A stretch of DNA of 64,000 nt from Candidatus Bathyarchaeota archaeon (GTDB taxonomy: Archaea > Thermoproteota > Bathyarchaeia > Bathyarchaeales > Bathycorpusculaceae), in the NCBI GenBank assembly GCA_963832745.1, contig CAWHVC010000005.1:582590-646589 (forward strand). The letters are read 5' to 3'. Made by a program: the position numbers and the translations under genes. Positions 1-10,073 of this stretch are shown here, in pieces (the first letter of the stretch is position 1; each line of letters opens with the position of its first letter). The notes under the pieces were generated by a model, which saw only the letters and a list, made by a program, of their open reading frames with translations, searched no databases and had not been told where the DNA came from.

Positions 1-1
1 C

Positions 2-508
2 TCAATTGAAGAACAGACAAATTACATAAACAAAATTGTAACTGACCTACAGGATTACGCTAAATCCTTAGAGCCCCAGTTTCAAGAGGTAGATTTAGAA
101 GCAGAAATTCAAAATGTCCTTACAAATCTTGACGTACCTGAAAACGTCAAGGTTTCATATTGCCTTGGAGAACCCATTAGAAAACTAAAGACAGACGCAT
201 CCTTCATTAAACGAATACTAACTAATTTGACTCTTAATGGGCTGCAAGCAATGCCTAACGGCGGAGACCTCACGATTTACGCGGTTTTAAGGGTTAACAG
301 GGTGATTATCGCTGTTTCTGATACGGGCGTTGGAATACCTGAAGAGGTTAAAGACAAAATTTTCAAGCCGCTATTCACTACCAAATCTAAAGGTCAAGGC
401 TTCGGGTTGGCAGTGGTAAAAAAGCTGGTTGAAGCCTTAAATGGTTACATATCGTTTGAAACAAAACCTGAAAAGGGAACCACTTTTATTTTGGAGCTTC
501 CCCTTTAG
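2..508 (+). CDS. Sensor histidine kinase, C-terminal HATPase part (5' end outside window)
   Basis: Open frame from position 2 (SIEEQTNYINKIVTDLQDYAK...NLTLNGLQAMP...DTGVGI...PLFTTKSKGQGFGL) with N/G1/F/G2 boxes; paralogous to 56201..58447. Confidence 0.9.
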   Translation, partial: SIEEQTNYINKIVTDLQDYAKSLEPQFQEVDLEAEIQNVLTNLDVPENVKVSYCLGEPIRKLKTDASFIKRILTNLTLNGLQAMPNGGDLTIYAVLRVNRVIIAVSDTGVGIPEEVKDKIFKPLFTTKSKGQGFGLAVVKKLVEALNGYISFETKPEKGTTFILELPL

Positions 509-521
509 GCAAAACAAGAGG

Positions 522-1166
522 TTATCTTAGGCTGGTTTTTTCGCCGGTTACGATGTAAAGTATTGATTCACAAACGTAAACTGCATGGTCAGCTATACGT
601 TCAAGATACCGAGTCATGAGAGCACTTGAGATTACACATTTGCTGTTAACTTGCTCTTCAGTGATTAACCGTTGCAGGTGATTTAGGTACATTTTGTCTA
701 CTTCCCGTTCAGTTTGCGAGATGGTTTTAGCTAAGACAACATCATGCTTTCTAAGGGCGTCGATACTAATTTTTACCATTTGCAATACTTTTTCGCTCAT
801 TTCTTCAATGTACACTTTTGTTGCTGGGTCACATTCTTTTAAACCATTTATTTGGTCATTTATGTATGAAATGTCAAGAGCATATCTGCCATAACGTGCA
901 AAGTCGTAACCGATTTTCATGTAGGACTTGATGGCGCGCAGGTCTGAAGCTACTGGTTGAAAACGGGCAATAAGTTCGAAGGTGCGGTCTTCAACTTTAT
1001 CAGCCATAAGCATTAACCGGTCTGACATTTCTCGGACTTGCCCTTGAACTGTTAAACCGTCAATGTAGCCTTTAATGGATATTGATAGCGTTTGGTAGGT
1101 TAATTCACCCATTCTTGTTAGCAGTACAGATTGTTCTTCTAATCCAATATCAATAAGTCTGTTCAT
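522..1166 (-). CDS. phoU: Phosphate signalling protein PhoU
   Basis: Two PhoU repeats (QPVASDLR; LERIADHA); last gene of the pst operon. Confidence 0.92.
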   Translation of the reverse strand: MNRLIDIGLEEQSVLLTRMGELTYQTLSISIKGYIDGLTVQGQVREMSDRLMLMADKVEDRTFELIARFQPVASDLRAIKSYMKIGYDFARYGRYALDISYINDQINGLKECDPATKVYIEEMSEKVLQMVKISIDALRKHDVVLAKTISQTEREVDKMYLNHLQRLITEEQVNSKCVISSALMTRYLERIADHAVYVCESILYIVTGEKTSLR

Positions 1167-1186
1167 GCTTTTTCCTCAATATTTTT

Positions 1187-1999
1187 TTAACCGAATTCTC
1201 CTGTGATATATTTCTCTGTTAATTCGTTCTTGGGGTTTTCGAAAATCTGTCTTGTTTCTCCAAACTCAATTAGTTCACCAAGATACATGAAAGCAGTGTA
1301 ATCTGAAACTCGCGACGCTTGCTGCATGTTATGGGTGACAATGACAACCGCGTAATCATGTTTAAGCTCAATAATCAACTTCTCAATCTTAGCGGTAGCT
1401 ATAGGGTCAAGAGCTGAACAAGGTTCATCCATCAATATCACTTCAGGCTGTAACGCTATTGCCCTAGCAATACAGAGACGCTGCTGTTGACCACCTGAAA
1501 TACTTGTACCGGGTTTTTTAAGGTCATCTTTTACTTCCTCCCAAAGCGTGGCTTGCTCAAGACTATGTTTCACGACCTGATCAAGGTTTTTACCTTTTTT
1601 TACCCCAGTCAATCGTAAGCCTGCTGCAACGTTATCATAAATGCTCATTGTTGGGAACGGGTTTGGTTTTTGAAAGACCATACCGACACGTCGTCGAATT
1701 TGAACTGGATCAATTTGTGGGTCGTAAATGTTTTGTCCATCCAGTAAGATTTGACCAACCATTTTAGCGTTGGGTACTAGTTCGTGCATGCGGTTAAAGC
1801 AACGTAGGAAAGTGGATTTACCGCATCCGGATGGTCCAATAATAGCGGTGACGGTGTTTGGTTTCACTGTTAAGTTTACTGATTTTAGGACTTGCTTTTG
1901 GCCAAACCAGGCTTTGACGTCGATAGCTTGCATTTTGGCAGCTGGGTCTATTGCCTGCGTTGGCTGATTTGGTTTGAACTTTTCGTCTTGTATTGTCAT
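1187..1999 (-). CDS. pstB: Phosphate ABC transporter ATPase PstB
   Basis: [42 protein letters not shown]; start moved to ATG at 1999 (TAATG overlap with pstA). Confidence 0.97.
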   Translation of the reverse strand: MTIQDEKFKPNQPTQAIDPAAKMQAIDVKAWFGQKQVLKSVNLTVKPNTVTAIIGPSGCGKSTFLRCFNRMHELVPNAKMVGQILLDGQNIYDPQIDPVQIRRRVGMVFQKPNPFPTMSIYDNVAAGLRLTGVKKGKNLDQVVKHSLEQATLWEEVKDDLKKPGTSISGGQQQRLCIARAIALQPEVILMDEPCSALDPIATAKIEKLIIELKHDYAVVIVTHNMQQASRVSDYTAFMYLGELIEFGETRQIFENPKNELTEKYITGEFG

Positions 2000-2829
2000 T
2001 ATGTTTTCATTCTGCTCCTGCTGGCTATTCTGACAGCAATATTTATGCTTAATACTATTAAGATTAGAATCAAAGCAGCACCCCAACCTTGAGCTTGCAA
2101 TTCTGGGTAAGGCTGTAGGGAGTCTCGCCAGATTTCAAGTGGCAATGCTGCCATGGGTTGTTCTAAGCCTTGGAAGAAGTAACGGTTTCCAAGGATAGTC
2201 ATGATTAAGGGTGCAGTTTCGCCGGCGATTCTGGCTACTGCTAATAGTACTCCTGTTATGAGACCGCTTTTGGCGGTTGGTAGTACAACGCTTAGGGTGG
2301 TTCGCCATTTGTGTGCGCCAAGTGCCAGTGATGCTTCCCTGACGCTGTTGGGTACAAGTTTAAGGGATTCTTCTGTTGTTCGGGCAACGATAGGTATTAA
2401 GATGAAAGCTAATGCGGCGGCACCTGCAATTGCTGAGTAATGTCCAACGACTGAAACAACGATTATTCCATATATAGTGATACCTACCACGATTGATGGA
2501 AACTCTGTTAAGATATCGTTGATTGTCCGCAGCGAATGTGCGTACCGATTGTTTCCAAATTCGGAAAGGTAAACACCTGATAATACTCCAATGGGGACAC
2601 CGACGAGGCTTGTTAACCCGATTAGTATCAGGGTGCCTTGGATTGCTGGACCTATTCCGCCGTTAGCAGTTGTGGCAGTGATGAATGTAAGGCTTAGTTG
2701 CGGTGCACCTCTTATGACAACTTCAGTTAATATACTGATTAACGGTATTATGGCAATAGCAACACAGACGGCACATAGAATAAAGAAGAGACGGTTTTTG
2801 AATTTTCTAAAACCGTAACTATGAATCAT
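1999..2829 (-). CDS. pstA: Phosphate ABC transporter permease PstA
   Basis: [12 protein letters not shown] loop, [10 protein letters not shown]; operon context. Confidence 0.95.
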   Translation of the reverse strand: MIHSYGFRKFKNRLFFILCAVCVAIAIIPLISILTEVVIRGAPQLSLTFITATTANGGIGPAIQGTLILIGLTSLVGVPIGVLSGVYLSEFGNNRYAHSLRTINDILTEFPSIVVGITIYGIIVVSVVGHYSAIAGAAALAFILIPIVARTTEESLKLVPNSVREASLALGAHKWRTTLSVVLPTAKSGLITGVLLAVARIAGETAPLIMTILGNRYFFQGLEQPMAALPLEIWRDSLQPYPELQAQGWGAALILILIVLSINIAVRIASRSRMKT

Positions 2830-3819
2830 TCTACTGCGCCTCCTTTAACTTTGAACACACGTGTCATCACCAAGTGTGCTCCAACGTTAATCAGCAAACT
2901 CATGAGCAGCAAGATTAACCCTACACCAATGTAGGCTGAAATTTCCAGTTTGCTTGTTGCTTCCAGAAAACCGTTGGCGATTAAGGAAGCCATAGTTTGT
3001 CCTGATTGAAATAGCGAATGGGGCATTGCTCCTGGTCCTGTTTGGTTGCCGATAAGCATTGCAACCGCCATGGTTTCGCCGACTGCTCTGCCTAAACCAA
3101 GAATTACTGCGCCAAAGATGCCGGAGCGGCCATAGCTTATGACCCAGTGCCGGATTACTTCCCATTTTGTTGCGCCGATACTGTAGGCTCCTTCACGGAT
3201 GGAGTTTGGTACAGACTGAAATTATTTCTTTAGAAATTGAAGCAACCGTGGGTATAATCATGATTGCTAATATGACTCCGGCTGTGAAAAAATCCAAGCC
3301 CATGGTTGAGCCGCTGAAGATGGGAATCCATCCCAAGTAAGTGTTTAATGGAATTTCGATATAGTTTACAATCCAGAAACGGAAAATGAAAAGCCCCCAA
3401 AGCCCATAAATTACACTGGGTACAGCCGCAAGCAACTCAACCAAGTAACTAATGGGCACTCTAAGGGAACGGGGAGCCATTTCTACAAGGAAAACCGCGA
3501 TGCCAAGGCTTAAGGGTACACCAATTAGTAACGCGATTCCTGAAGTTACAAGGGTGCCTAAAATGTAGGGTAACGCACCGTAAACTTGTGCGACGGTTTC
3601 GGACGGGTTCCATTGTTGCCCATAAAAGAAGCTTAAGCCAAATTCTTGCAGTACAGGCACTGAGCCTTCTGCTAAAACATAACCTGTTATAAGTAAGATT
3701 GCTAATGCTGATGCCGCAATTACTGCAGCAATTATTTTGAAAATGTTATCTCCGGTTAATTTGAAATTTTTAAGTTTTAAAAAAAATTTTAGGGGATTGT
3801 GAAGCTTCACTTTTTCCAC
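2826..3819 (-). pseudogene. pstC: Phosphate ABC permease PstC split by a +1 frameshift (possibly a sequencing error)
   Basis: ELLAAVPSVIYGLWG N-half; removing one base from the short run at ~3219-3221 restores EIIQSVPNSIREGAYSIGATKWE...GLGRAVGETMAV. Confidence 0.9.
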
Positions 3820-3820
3820 C

Positions 3821-4933
3821 TTAAGTTGGCACTGATAGTGGTTGACCGTCGAAGGTTATTGATCGAATGGTTGTTTCGTCGATTTGTACAACGTTTGATG
3901 GTAAGGGTGCGTATTCTAGTCCTGGAGCTAGTTGTTGGCCGTCATGTACTATGTACCATATGAAGTCAACTAGTGCTTGTGCTCTTGATTCTGTCATGCC
4001 TGGTATGGTGTTGAGTTCTTTGTATACTAAGAGATAAGTAAAGCTTACAATTGGATATGCATTTGAGTCGTCAACGTTAAGAGCGTTTACGTTTGACCAG
4101 CTTGCATCACCTGCAGGTAATCCACCTGATGAGGCTACTGCTTGTGCTGCTGCGGTTGTAGATTCCAATGTTGGCATTACAAAGTTACCTGAAGGATTTT
4201 TTATTGCTGCAACTGTCATACCATTTTCTAGTGCATATGCTAATTCAACGTAGCCAATGGTATTTGCTGTACTGTTTACGATAGATGCAACACCAGCGTT
4301 TTGAGCTGCTCCACTGCCTACTGGCCAAGAAACGGATTTACCTTGACCAATATCGCTTGCCCAAGAAGTGCTAACTTTGGTTAAGTAACCTGTGAAGATG
4401 AAGGTAGTTCCTGAACCATCAGAACGGTGAACAACGTTAATTGTTTGTGCTGGTAAAGTGATGTCTGGGTTTAAGTTTTGGATTGCAGCATCATTCCACA
4501 TGGTAATTTTACCTTGGAAAATATCAGCAATAACTTGACCAGTCAATTTAAGACCAGATGAAACTCCTTCGATGTTATAAGCTACTGTTACTGCACCAAT
4601 AGTTTCTGGAATATGAAGTGCGTTTTGGACTTTTTCAACGTCTGAACTTGTCAATGGTGCATCTGAACCTGCGAAGTCAACAGTTTTGTCGGCCATTGCT
4701 TGGATGCCTCCGCCGCTGCCGATTGCTTGATAGTTGACCATTACGTTGGGTTTTATGTCGCTATCATATTTTGTTATGATGCTGTTAAGAAGTGGGTATG
4801 GGAAAGTTGCGCCTGAACCGTTGAGTATTATTTGTTCGGTTGCAGGGTTTGAAAGAGCTGTGTATGCTATAACTGAACCTGCAATTATGGCGATTGCAAT
4901 TATTGCGATTATGATTGTATATTTAGTGTTCAT
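3821..4933 (-). CDS. pstS: Phosphate-binding protein PstS (copy 1)
   Basis: GSGATFPYP, GSGGG, DFAGSDAP, HRSDGSGTT, IGYVEL, AYPIVSFTY; N-terminal anchor. Confidence 0.96.
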   Translation of the reverse strand: MNTKYTIIIAIIAIAIIAGSVIAYTALSNPATEQIILNGSGATFPYPLLNSIITKYDSDIKPNVMVNYQAIGSGGGIQAMADKTVDFAGSDAPLTSSDVEKVQNALHIPETIGAVTVAYNIEGVSSGLKLTGQVIADIFQGKITMWNDAAIQNLNPDITLPAQTINVVHRSDGSGTTFIFTGYLTKVSTSWASDIGQGKSVSWPVGSGAAQNAGVASIVNSTANTIGYVELAYALENGMTVAAIKNPSGNFVMPTLESTTAAAQAVASSGGLPAGDASWSNVNALNVDDSNAYPIVSFTYLLVYKELNTIPGMTESRAQALVDFIWYIVHDGQQLAPGLEYAPLPSNVVQIDETTIRSITFDGQPLSVPT

Positions 4934-4992
4934 ATTTCCATTCCTTTGTTTTTGGTTTACTAAAAAGTCTCATAGGTTATATAGCAAATCTC

Positions 4993-5020
4993 CATAAACT
5001 TTATAGTCTATATAGATATA
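4993..5020. promoter_or_regulatory. AT-rich divergent promoter region with a motif shared with the pstS2 upstream region
   Basis: CATAAACT-N9-ATATAGA at 4993-5016 vs CATAAACT-N10-ATATAGA at 7553-7577. Confidence 0.4.
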
Positions 5021-5029
5021 CCTAATATA

Positions 5030-6118
5030 ATGACGGAACACAAAGAAAGTAACTTGGAGTCAAAATTGACAAGTAAAGCAGCCGAAAAGCAAAATGAAGA
5101 ACAACGGAAACTTCAAGTTACAGGCGGATCCACATTTATTCTATCACTTCCAAAAGACTGGGCAACCAGAAACGAACTAAAACGCGGCAGTTCCATGGTC
5201 CTAAGAGAAGAAGAAGATGGCACATTATCCATTTCACCAACAAAATTTGAAAAGAAAGAAAAAAGAGACGAAGCATACATCAAAACAGGCCCCAACGACA
5301 ACCCCGACGGCATCATGAGAACCGCAATCTCCGCTTACCTAAACGGTTACAACGTCTTGCACATACGGGCACAAGGTCAAAAAGTCTTAACTACAAAAAC
5401 TCGCAACCACTTGAAAATTTTTGCAAGAAACTACCTGGTAGGAACAGAAATTGTTATAGATACCCCAACTGAACTGACGCTTCAGGTACTGCTTAACTAT
5501 CCAGAATTGACAGTGCATAACGCACTTAGCCGCATGTCAATTATCGGTTCATCCATGCAAAAAGAAGCCTTAGCAGCCTTGAACAATTTAGATTATCAAA
5601 GCGCCAAAGCCGTTATCGAAACAGACCGAGAAGTAAACCGGTTTGGCCTTTACATTGTTAGGCTACTAAAGCTGGCAGTTTCAAACCCAAGGGTCGTAAA
5701 AGACATTGGATTAAACACGCAACGAGAATGCATAGGCTACAGGCTTATCGCGAAAGCAGTTGAACGCACCGCTGACCATGCAACAAAAATGGCTGAAAAC
5801 ACTTTGCTCCTAAAAGAGCCAGTTAATCCTAACCTTTTAGAAAAAGTCAGTCAATTAAGCGTTTTAGCCAACACAATGTTTGAAAACTCCATGGAAGCCC
5901 TGTTTAAGCATGATTTTAACTTAGCTGAAAGCGTAATTGAAAAACTCACTCAGGCACATAAATTTGAGAAAGAAGCAATTCTTCTAACGCAGGGACTTAA
6001 AAGCGAGGAAATGGTAAACATCAGGTTACTTCTTGAAAGCGTACGTCGTATAGCAGAATACGCTAGTGATATTTCTGAAGTGGTTTTGAATATGACAGTT
6101 GAATCCGTTTTAAGTTAA
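5030..6118 (+). CDS. Archaeal phosphate-uptake regulator (AbrB/SpoVT-like DNA-binding domain plus PhoU domains)
   Basis: RKLQVTGGSTFILSLPKDWA N-terminus; ERTADHA and RRIAEYA PhoU repeats; divergent from pstS. Confidence 0.88.
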   Translation: MTEHKESNLESKLTSKAAEKQNEEQRKLQVTGGSTFILSLPKDWATRNELKRGSSMVLREEEDGTLSISPTKFEKKEKRDEAYIKTGPNDNPDGIMRTAISAYLNGYNVLHIRAQGQKVLTTKTRNHLKIFARNYLVGTEIVIDTPTELTLQVLLNYPELTVHNALSRMSIIGSSMQKEALAALNNLDYQSAKAVIETDREVNRFGLYIVRLLKLAVSNPRVVKDIGLNTQRECIGYRLIAKAVERTADHATKMAENTLLLKEPVNPNLLEKVSQLSVLANTMFENSMEALFKHDFNLAESVIEKLTQAHKFEKEAILLTQGLKSEEMVNIRLLLESVRRIAEYASDISEVVLNMTVESVLS

Positions 6119-6246
6119 AACAACCAATTTTTTATTTTAAATTAAAGAAATCTCTTAAGTCCTACGGTATTTTTTTGAAAAATACGTTTTGTGTTTAAAA
6201 CTTCAGTTTTTTTTAAAAATATAAAAAGAAAATAAAGTGGGTTTGT

Positions 6247-7497
6247 TTAGATTAAGGTATGGCCGTTGAAGGTTATTGACCGCAATGTTGTTTCGTCAAG
6301 TGCTACAACGTTTGCTGGCAATGGCGCATATTCGAGTCCTGGAGCGTATTGTTGACCATCGTGTACGACGTACCATAGGAATTGTACTAGTGCGGTAGCT
6401 TTATCCTGGGTCATGCCTGGGATTACGTTAAGTTCTTTGTAGGATAGCAGGTAGCTGAAGCTGACTATTGGGTAAGCGTCTGGATCGTTTGCGTTCAGCA
6501 GATTAACGTTTGTCCATGTTCCGTCACCTGCGGGTAGGCCTGATGATGCTACTGCTTGTGCTGCTGCGGTTGTAGATTCCAATGTTGGCATAATGTAGTG
6601 ACCAGATGGATTCTGAACTGCTGCAACTGTCATACCGTTTTCCAACGCATATGCCAATTCAACATAACCAATAGTGTTCGCAGTACTGTTAACAATAGAT
6701 GCAACACCAGTATTGCCATTTTGACCTGACCCCACCGGCCACGCTACAGATTTACCTTGACCAATATCGCTTGCCCAAGAGGTACTTACAGCGCTTAGGT
6801 AACCAGTGAAGATAAAAGTGGTTCCGGAACCATCCGAACGGTGGACAACATTAATTGAATTTGCAGGTAATGTTACGCCAGGATTCAGGTTTTGGATTGC
6901 AGCATCATTCCACATGGTAATTTTACCTTGGAAAATGTCTGCAATAACTTGTCCAGTCAATTTAAGACCAGATGAAACACCTTGAACGTTATAGGCTACT
7001 GTTACTGCACCAATAGTTTCTGGAATATGTAATGCATTTGGAACGTTTGCCATGTCGCTTGCGCTGAGAGGAGCATCTGAAGCTGCAAAGTCAACGGTTT
7101 TGGCTTGCATTGCTGAGATGCCTCCGCCGCTGCCTATTGATTGATAGTTAACGGTTATTGTTGAGTGGTCGTTTGTGTAGGCGGTTATCATGTCGTCAAG
7201 CAGTGGGAATGGGAATGTTGCACCTGCACCGTTTAAGTTTGCTGATATTGGTGATACTGTTGGTGTCGGGGTTGGGTTTACACTTGTTGTTGGTGTTGGT
7301 GTGGTTGTTCCAGTTGGTGTTGGAGTCGTTGATGTACTAGGTGAGGGAGTTGCACTTGTAGAGGCGGTTGGTGTTGGCGTGTTTGATGTTTGTGGTGTTG
7401 ATTCAGCAGGTTGTGAGAGGTAAATGTAACTTACTGCTGCTGCAACAATGATTATGATTGCGACTATTCCGATAATAGTTTTTTGAGTATTGTCCAT
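6247..7497 (-). CDS. pstS: Phosphate-binding protein PstS (copy 2) with Thr/Pro-rich stalk
   Basis: GAGATFP, HRSDGSGTT, AYPIVSFSY; TPTPT linker after the N-terminal TM segment. Confidence 0.95.
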   Translation of the reverse strand: MDNTQKTIIGIVAIIIIVAAAVSYIYLSQPAESTPQTSNTPTPTASTSATPSPSTSTTPTPTGTTTPTPTTSVNPTPTPTVSPISANLNGAGATFPFPLLDDMITAYTNDHSTITVNYQSIGSGGGISAMQAKTVDFAASDAPLSASDMANVPNALHIPETIGAVTVAYNVQGVSSGLKLTGQVIADIFQGKITMWNDAAIQNLNPGVTLPANSINVVHRSDGSGTTFIFTGYLSAVSTSWASDIGQGKSVAWPVGSGQNGNTGVASIVNSTANTIGYVELAYALENGMTVAAVQNPSGHYIMPTLESTTAAAQAVASSGLPAGDGTWTNVNLLNANDPDAYPIVSFSYLLSYKELNVIPGMTQDKATALVQFLWYVVHDGQQYAPGLEYAPLPANVVALDETTLRSITFNGHTLI

Positions 7498-7687
7498 TTT
7501 ATGTTTTTCCTCTGAGTGGCATTATAGAAAAGTAAGTAATATACGGAGTCATCATAAACTAAATATGAGCATATAGACTATTTAGAAAGAAAATAAATTT
7601 CAGCAAAAATGTTAAAAAACAAAAAATTTTCAGATAAAATAGACTATTTTATAAACTGTTTCAGATTAAAACAAAAACAAGGGTTTT

Positions 7688-7861
7688 TTACTGGAACGCT
7701 TCTAGATGAACAAGATACAAGTCTGGAACGCATTCACTTGCTTCATCCACTAAATGTGCTGTTCCGTCTGGACAGTACACTTTATCGCCTTTGCTGGCTT
7801 TGTTGAAGCGTCTGCTGCACACTTTTAATTGGCTGCAGCCATCACAATCTCTTGAAAGCAT
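7688..7861 (-). CDS. 57-aa Cys-rich small protein (absent from ORF track)
   Basis: MLSRDCDGCSQLKVCSRRFNKASKGDKVYCPDGTAHLVDEASECVPDLYLVHLEAFQ; GAGGTGA SD about 10 nt upstream and a TATA-like TTAAAATA. Confidence 0.7.
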   Translation of the reverse strand: MLSRDCDGCSQLKVCSRRFNKASKGDKVYCPDGTAHLVDEASECVPDLYLVHLEAFQ

Positions 7862-8037
7862 ATTTTTCTTTCACCTCTAACTTATCAAGACATATTTTAA
7901 GCGTTTGAGCCTATAGAGCTATTCTTAATAAAATATATAGAATAAATAGTGAAGGATGGTAAAGGGAAAAAGCGTTTTTAATCCAGAAACATTTTTTAGA
8001 CGAGCAACGAAACTCCATCCAGAAGAGTTTCCTGTTT

Positions 8038-8694
8038 ATGCGCGAAAGCAAGTTCAAAGCCAAATGCATCTTCTTAGACTTAGACGGAACAATAGTAGAT
8101 TCACGCCAAGCCTATCTTGAAGCTGCACAAATAGGTTTTCAAGCCATAGGGCAAGAGCCTCCTGAAATGAAAGTTGCACTTGAAATTCCTAAACGTATGG
8201 AGCAAGGCTTAGAATTTGAGGATTTGATTCGAGGCGACCCTAAAACCTTCATAAAGGCATACCTGAAAGGGTATCAAGCACTTACTGAGGAGAAAACAAG
8301 GCTTTTACCCAACGTTTCAGGAGCCATTGAGGCATTGTCATTGAAGGCTAAGCTTGGATTAATTACAATGCGTCATGTTCCGAATCAGGCGGTTGTGAAG
8401 GAACTGAACTATTTTGGCATAGGTAAATACTTTTCAAGCGTCATGACAGCTCTTGATACTACAAAACCCAAACCATCACCTGAAGCGATATTCAAATGCA
8501 TCCAAAACCTTGATGTTGAAATCTGCGATTGTTTAATGGCCGGCGACTCGGTAAATGATATTAAAGCAGGTAAAGCTGCAGGGGCAAAAACAGTTGGTTT
8601 TCTTTCAGGATTGTATTATCATGAGGAACTCGCGATGGAATGCCCAGACATGATTTTGCCTGACCTGTCAAAGCTTCCTGAAGTAATAAGTTAA
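8038..8694 (+). CDS. HAD-family hydrolase (phosphoglycolate phosphatase-like)
   Basis: DLDGTIVDS, KPKPSP, GDSVNDI..GKAAG motifs. Confidence 0.9.
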   Translation: MRESKFKAKCIFLDLDGTIVDSRQAYLEAAQIGFQAIGQEPPEMKVALEIPKRMEQGLEFEDLIRGDPKTFIKAYLKGYQALTEEKTRLLPNVSGAIEALSLKAKLGLITMRHVPNQAVVKELNYFGIGKYFSSVMTALDTTKPKPSPEAIFKCIQNLDVEICDCLMAGDSVNDIKAGKAAGAKTVGFLSGLYYHEELAMECPDMILPDLSKLPEVIS

Positions 8695-8827
8695 CTTTTT
8701 TTGGTATTTCGGGTTTTGATATATTACGTAAACCTGCCTAAGCCAGTTATATGGCGATTTCCTGATAAAGTTTAATTAAAACCTCAAACTAACACACTAA
8801 TGGAGAGGGCTTAGAGCGGGAATCAGT

Positions 8828-9436
8828 ATGAATTTCGTAGAGATTATGCTAGGGGAGAAATTGAAAGATGCAGACCCAGCCTTAGACGTTATGGGTTCTG
8901 ACCGCAAAGTTCTGCAGGTAGCATGCCAAGACTTCACAAACTACCTCAAGTTTCACTGGAACTTGATAGGAAAAGAAGCAAGCCAATGCGAACTTGTAGA
9001 GAAACTTGAAAAACAATTCCATGAAAACCCAGCTGAACTGGAAGCATTCTTAACCATTTGGACTGGCATGTGGCTAAAGAAATGGAAAGAACGCGTCAAA
9101 CTACTAATTGGCGACCAAAACCAAAACAAATGGAGCAAAATTTCTAAAACCTTAAGCAACGCTGAACCATACTGGAAAAAGATTGAACGCAAACAGGAAT
9201 TAACCGAAGTTGTCATTGGTACATTGCTCAAGAATGGGGAAATCTGCGGCACCGAAATCCTTGCGGAAAACCTGCTAAAGATGGAGCTTGGAGAGAAACG
9301 TGCTCAAAACCTTGGCGACAAAGACCGTGTGTTCACAGTTGTAAACGCTGCGTTACGTAAAGCTCGTGAGATGTCTCAAAGCAAAGGTCCATTGATCTTT
9401 GTAAAGATTGATAAGGGCTACTATAGTCCGGAATAA
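8828..9436 (+). CDS. Hypothetical protein
   Basis: 202-aa ORF with typical codon usage; no family recognised. Confidence 0.75.
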   Translation: MNFVEIMLGEKLKDADPALDVMGSDRKVLQVACQDFTNYLKFHWNLIGKEASQCELVEKLEKQFHENPAELEAFLTIWTGMWLKKWKERVKLLIGDQNQNKWSKISKTLSNAEPYWKKIERKQELTEVVIGTLLKNGEICGTEILAENLLKMELGEKRAQNLGDKDRVFTVVNAALRKAREMSQSKGPLIFVKIDKGYYSPE

Positions 9437-9510
9437 AAAAAATCAACCTCTTTTCTTATTTTAAATTTTTTAAATAAACGTTAATACGGCTCTTTTTCTT
9501 AACTATTATT

Positions 9511-10062
9511 TTGCTTATGACCAAGTATTCATCGCCCAAACGTCTATCAATATTTTTCGCGATAACCATAATCAACATGGTGCTTGCCCGTTATGCCGCC
9601 TTAAGCATCTCAAACATTCCCGGAGTAGTCACATTCTATTTTGCGGTTGCGTTTATGATTCCGTTTGCCCTTTGGTTTGGACCTTTAGGCGCCGCTGCAG
9701 CTTACGTTGGCTGCTTTTTTGGTTCAGGAATCCCCGCCGGTTTGCCTTGGGAAGCTAACCTTTATTGGTCCCTGGCTGACCTTTGGCAAGTTCTGATTCC
9801 GCTCTTAGCGTTTATGTTTCTCAAAGCAGACATTGGGTTAAAATCCAAGCGTGATTTTGGTGTATTCTTAGTTTTTGGCGTAGTTTTGAACAATCTTGTA
9901 GGCGCATTGTGGGGAAGTGGCATGTTTGTTTTAAGCGGACAATTCGTTTATGGGGACTTTTGGGGGCTTTTTACCAACTGGTTCCTTGGCAACATGCTGG
10001 TAACCGTGTTGATAGCACCGCTTCTTCTAAGATTTATTACGCCAGTTTTCAAAAAAAGGTAA
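9511..10062 (+). CDS. Stand-alone integral membrane protein (MASE1/QueT-like)
   Basis: 5-6 TM segments, FALWFGPLGAAAAYVG and WFLGN motifs; no cytoplasmic output domain. Confidence 0.6.
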   Translation: MLMTKYSSPKRLSIFFAITIINMVLARYAALSISNIPGVVTFYFAVAFMIPFALWFGPLGAAAAYVGCFFGSGIPAGLPWEANLYWSLADLWQVLIPLLAFMFLKADIGLKSKRDFGVFLVFGVVLNNLVGALWGSGMFVLSGQFVYGDFWGLFTNWFLGNMLVTVLIAPLLLRFITPVFKKR

Positions 10063-10073
10063 ACCAGTCGAGT

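Noticed and set aside
7250-7410. GTTGGT-rich tandem-like repeat
   Set aside because: Explained by the Thr/Pro codons of the PstS2 linker.
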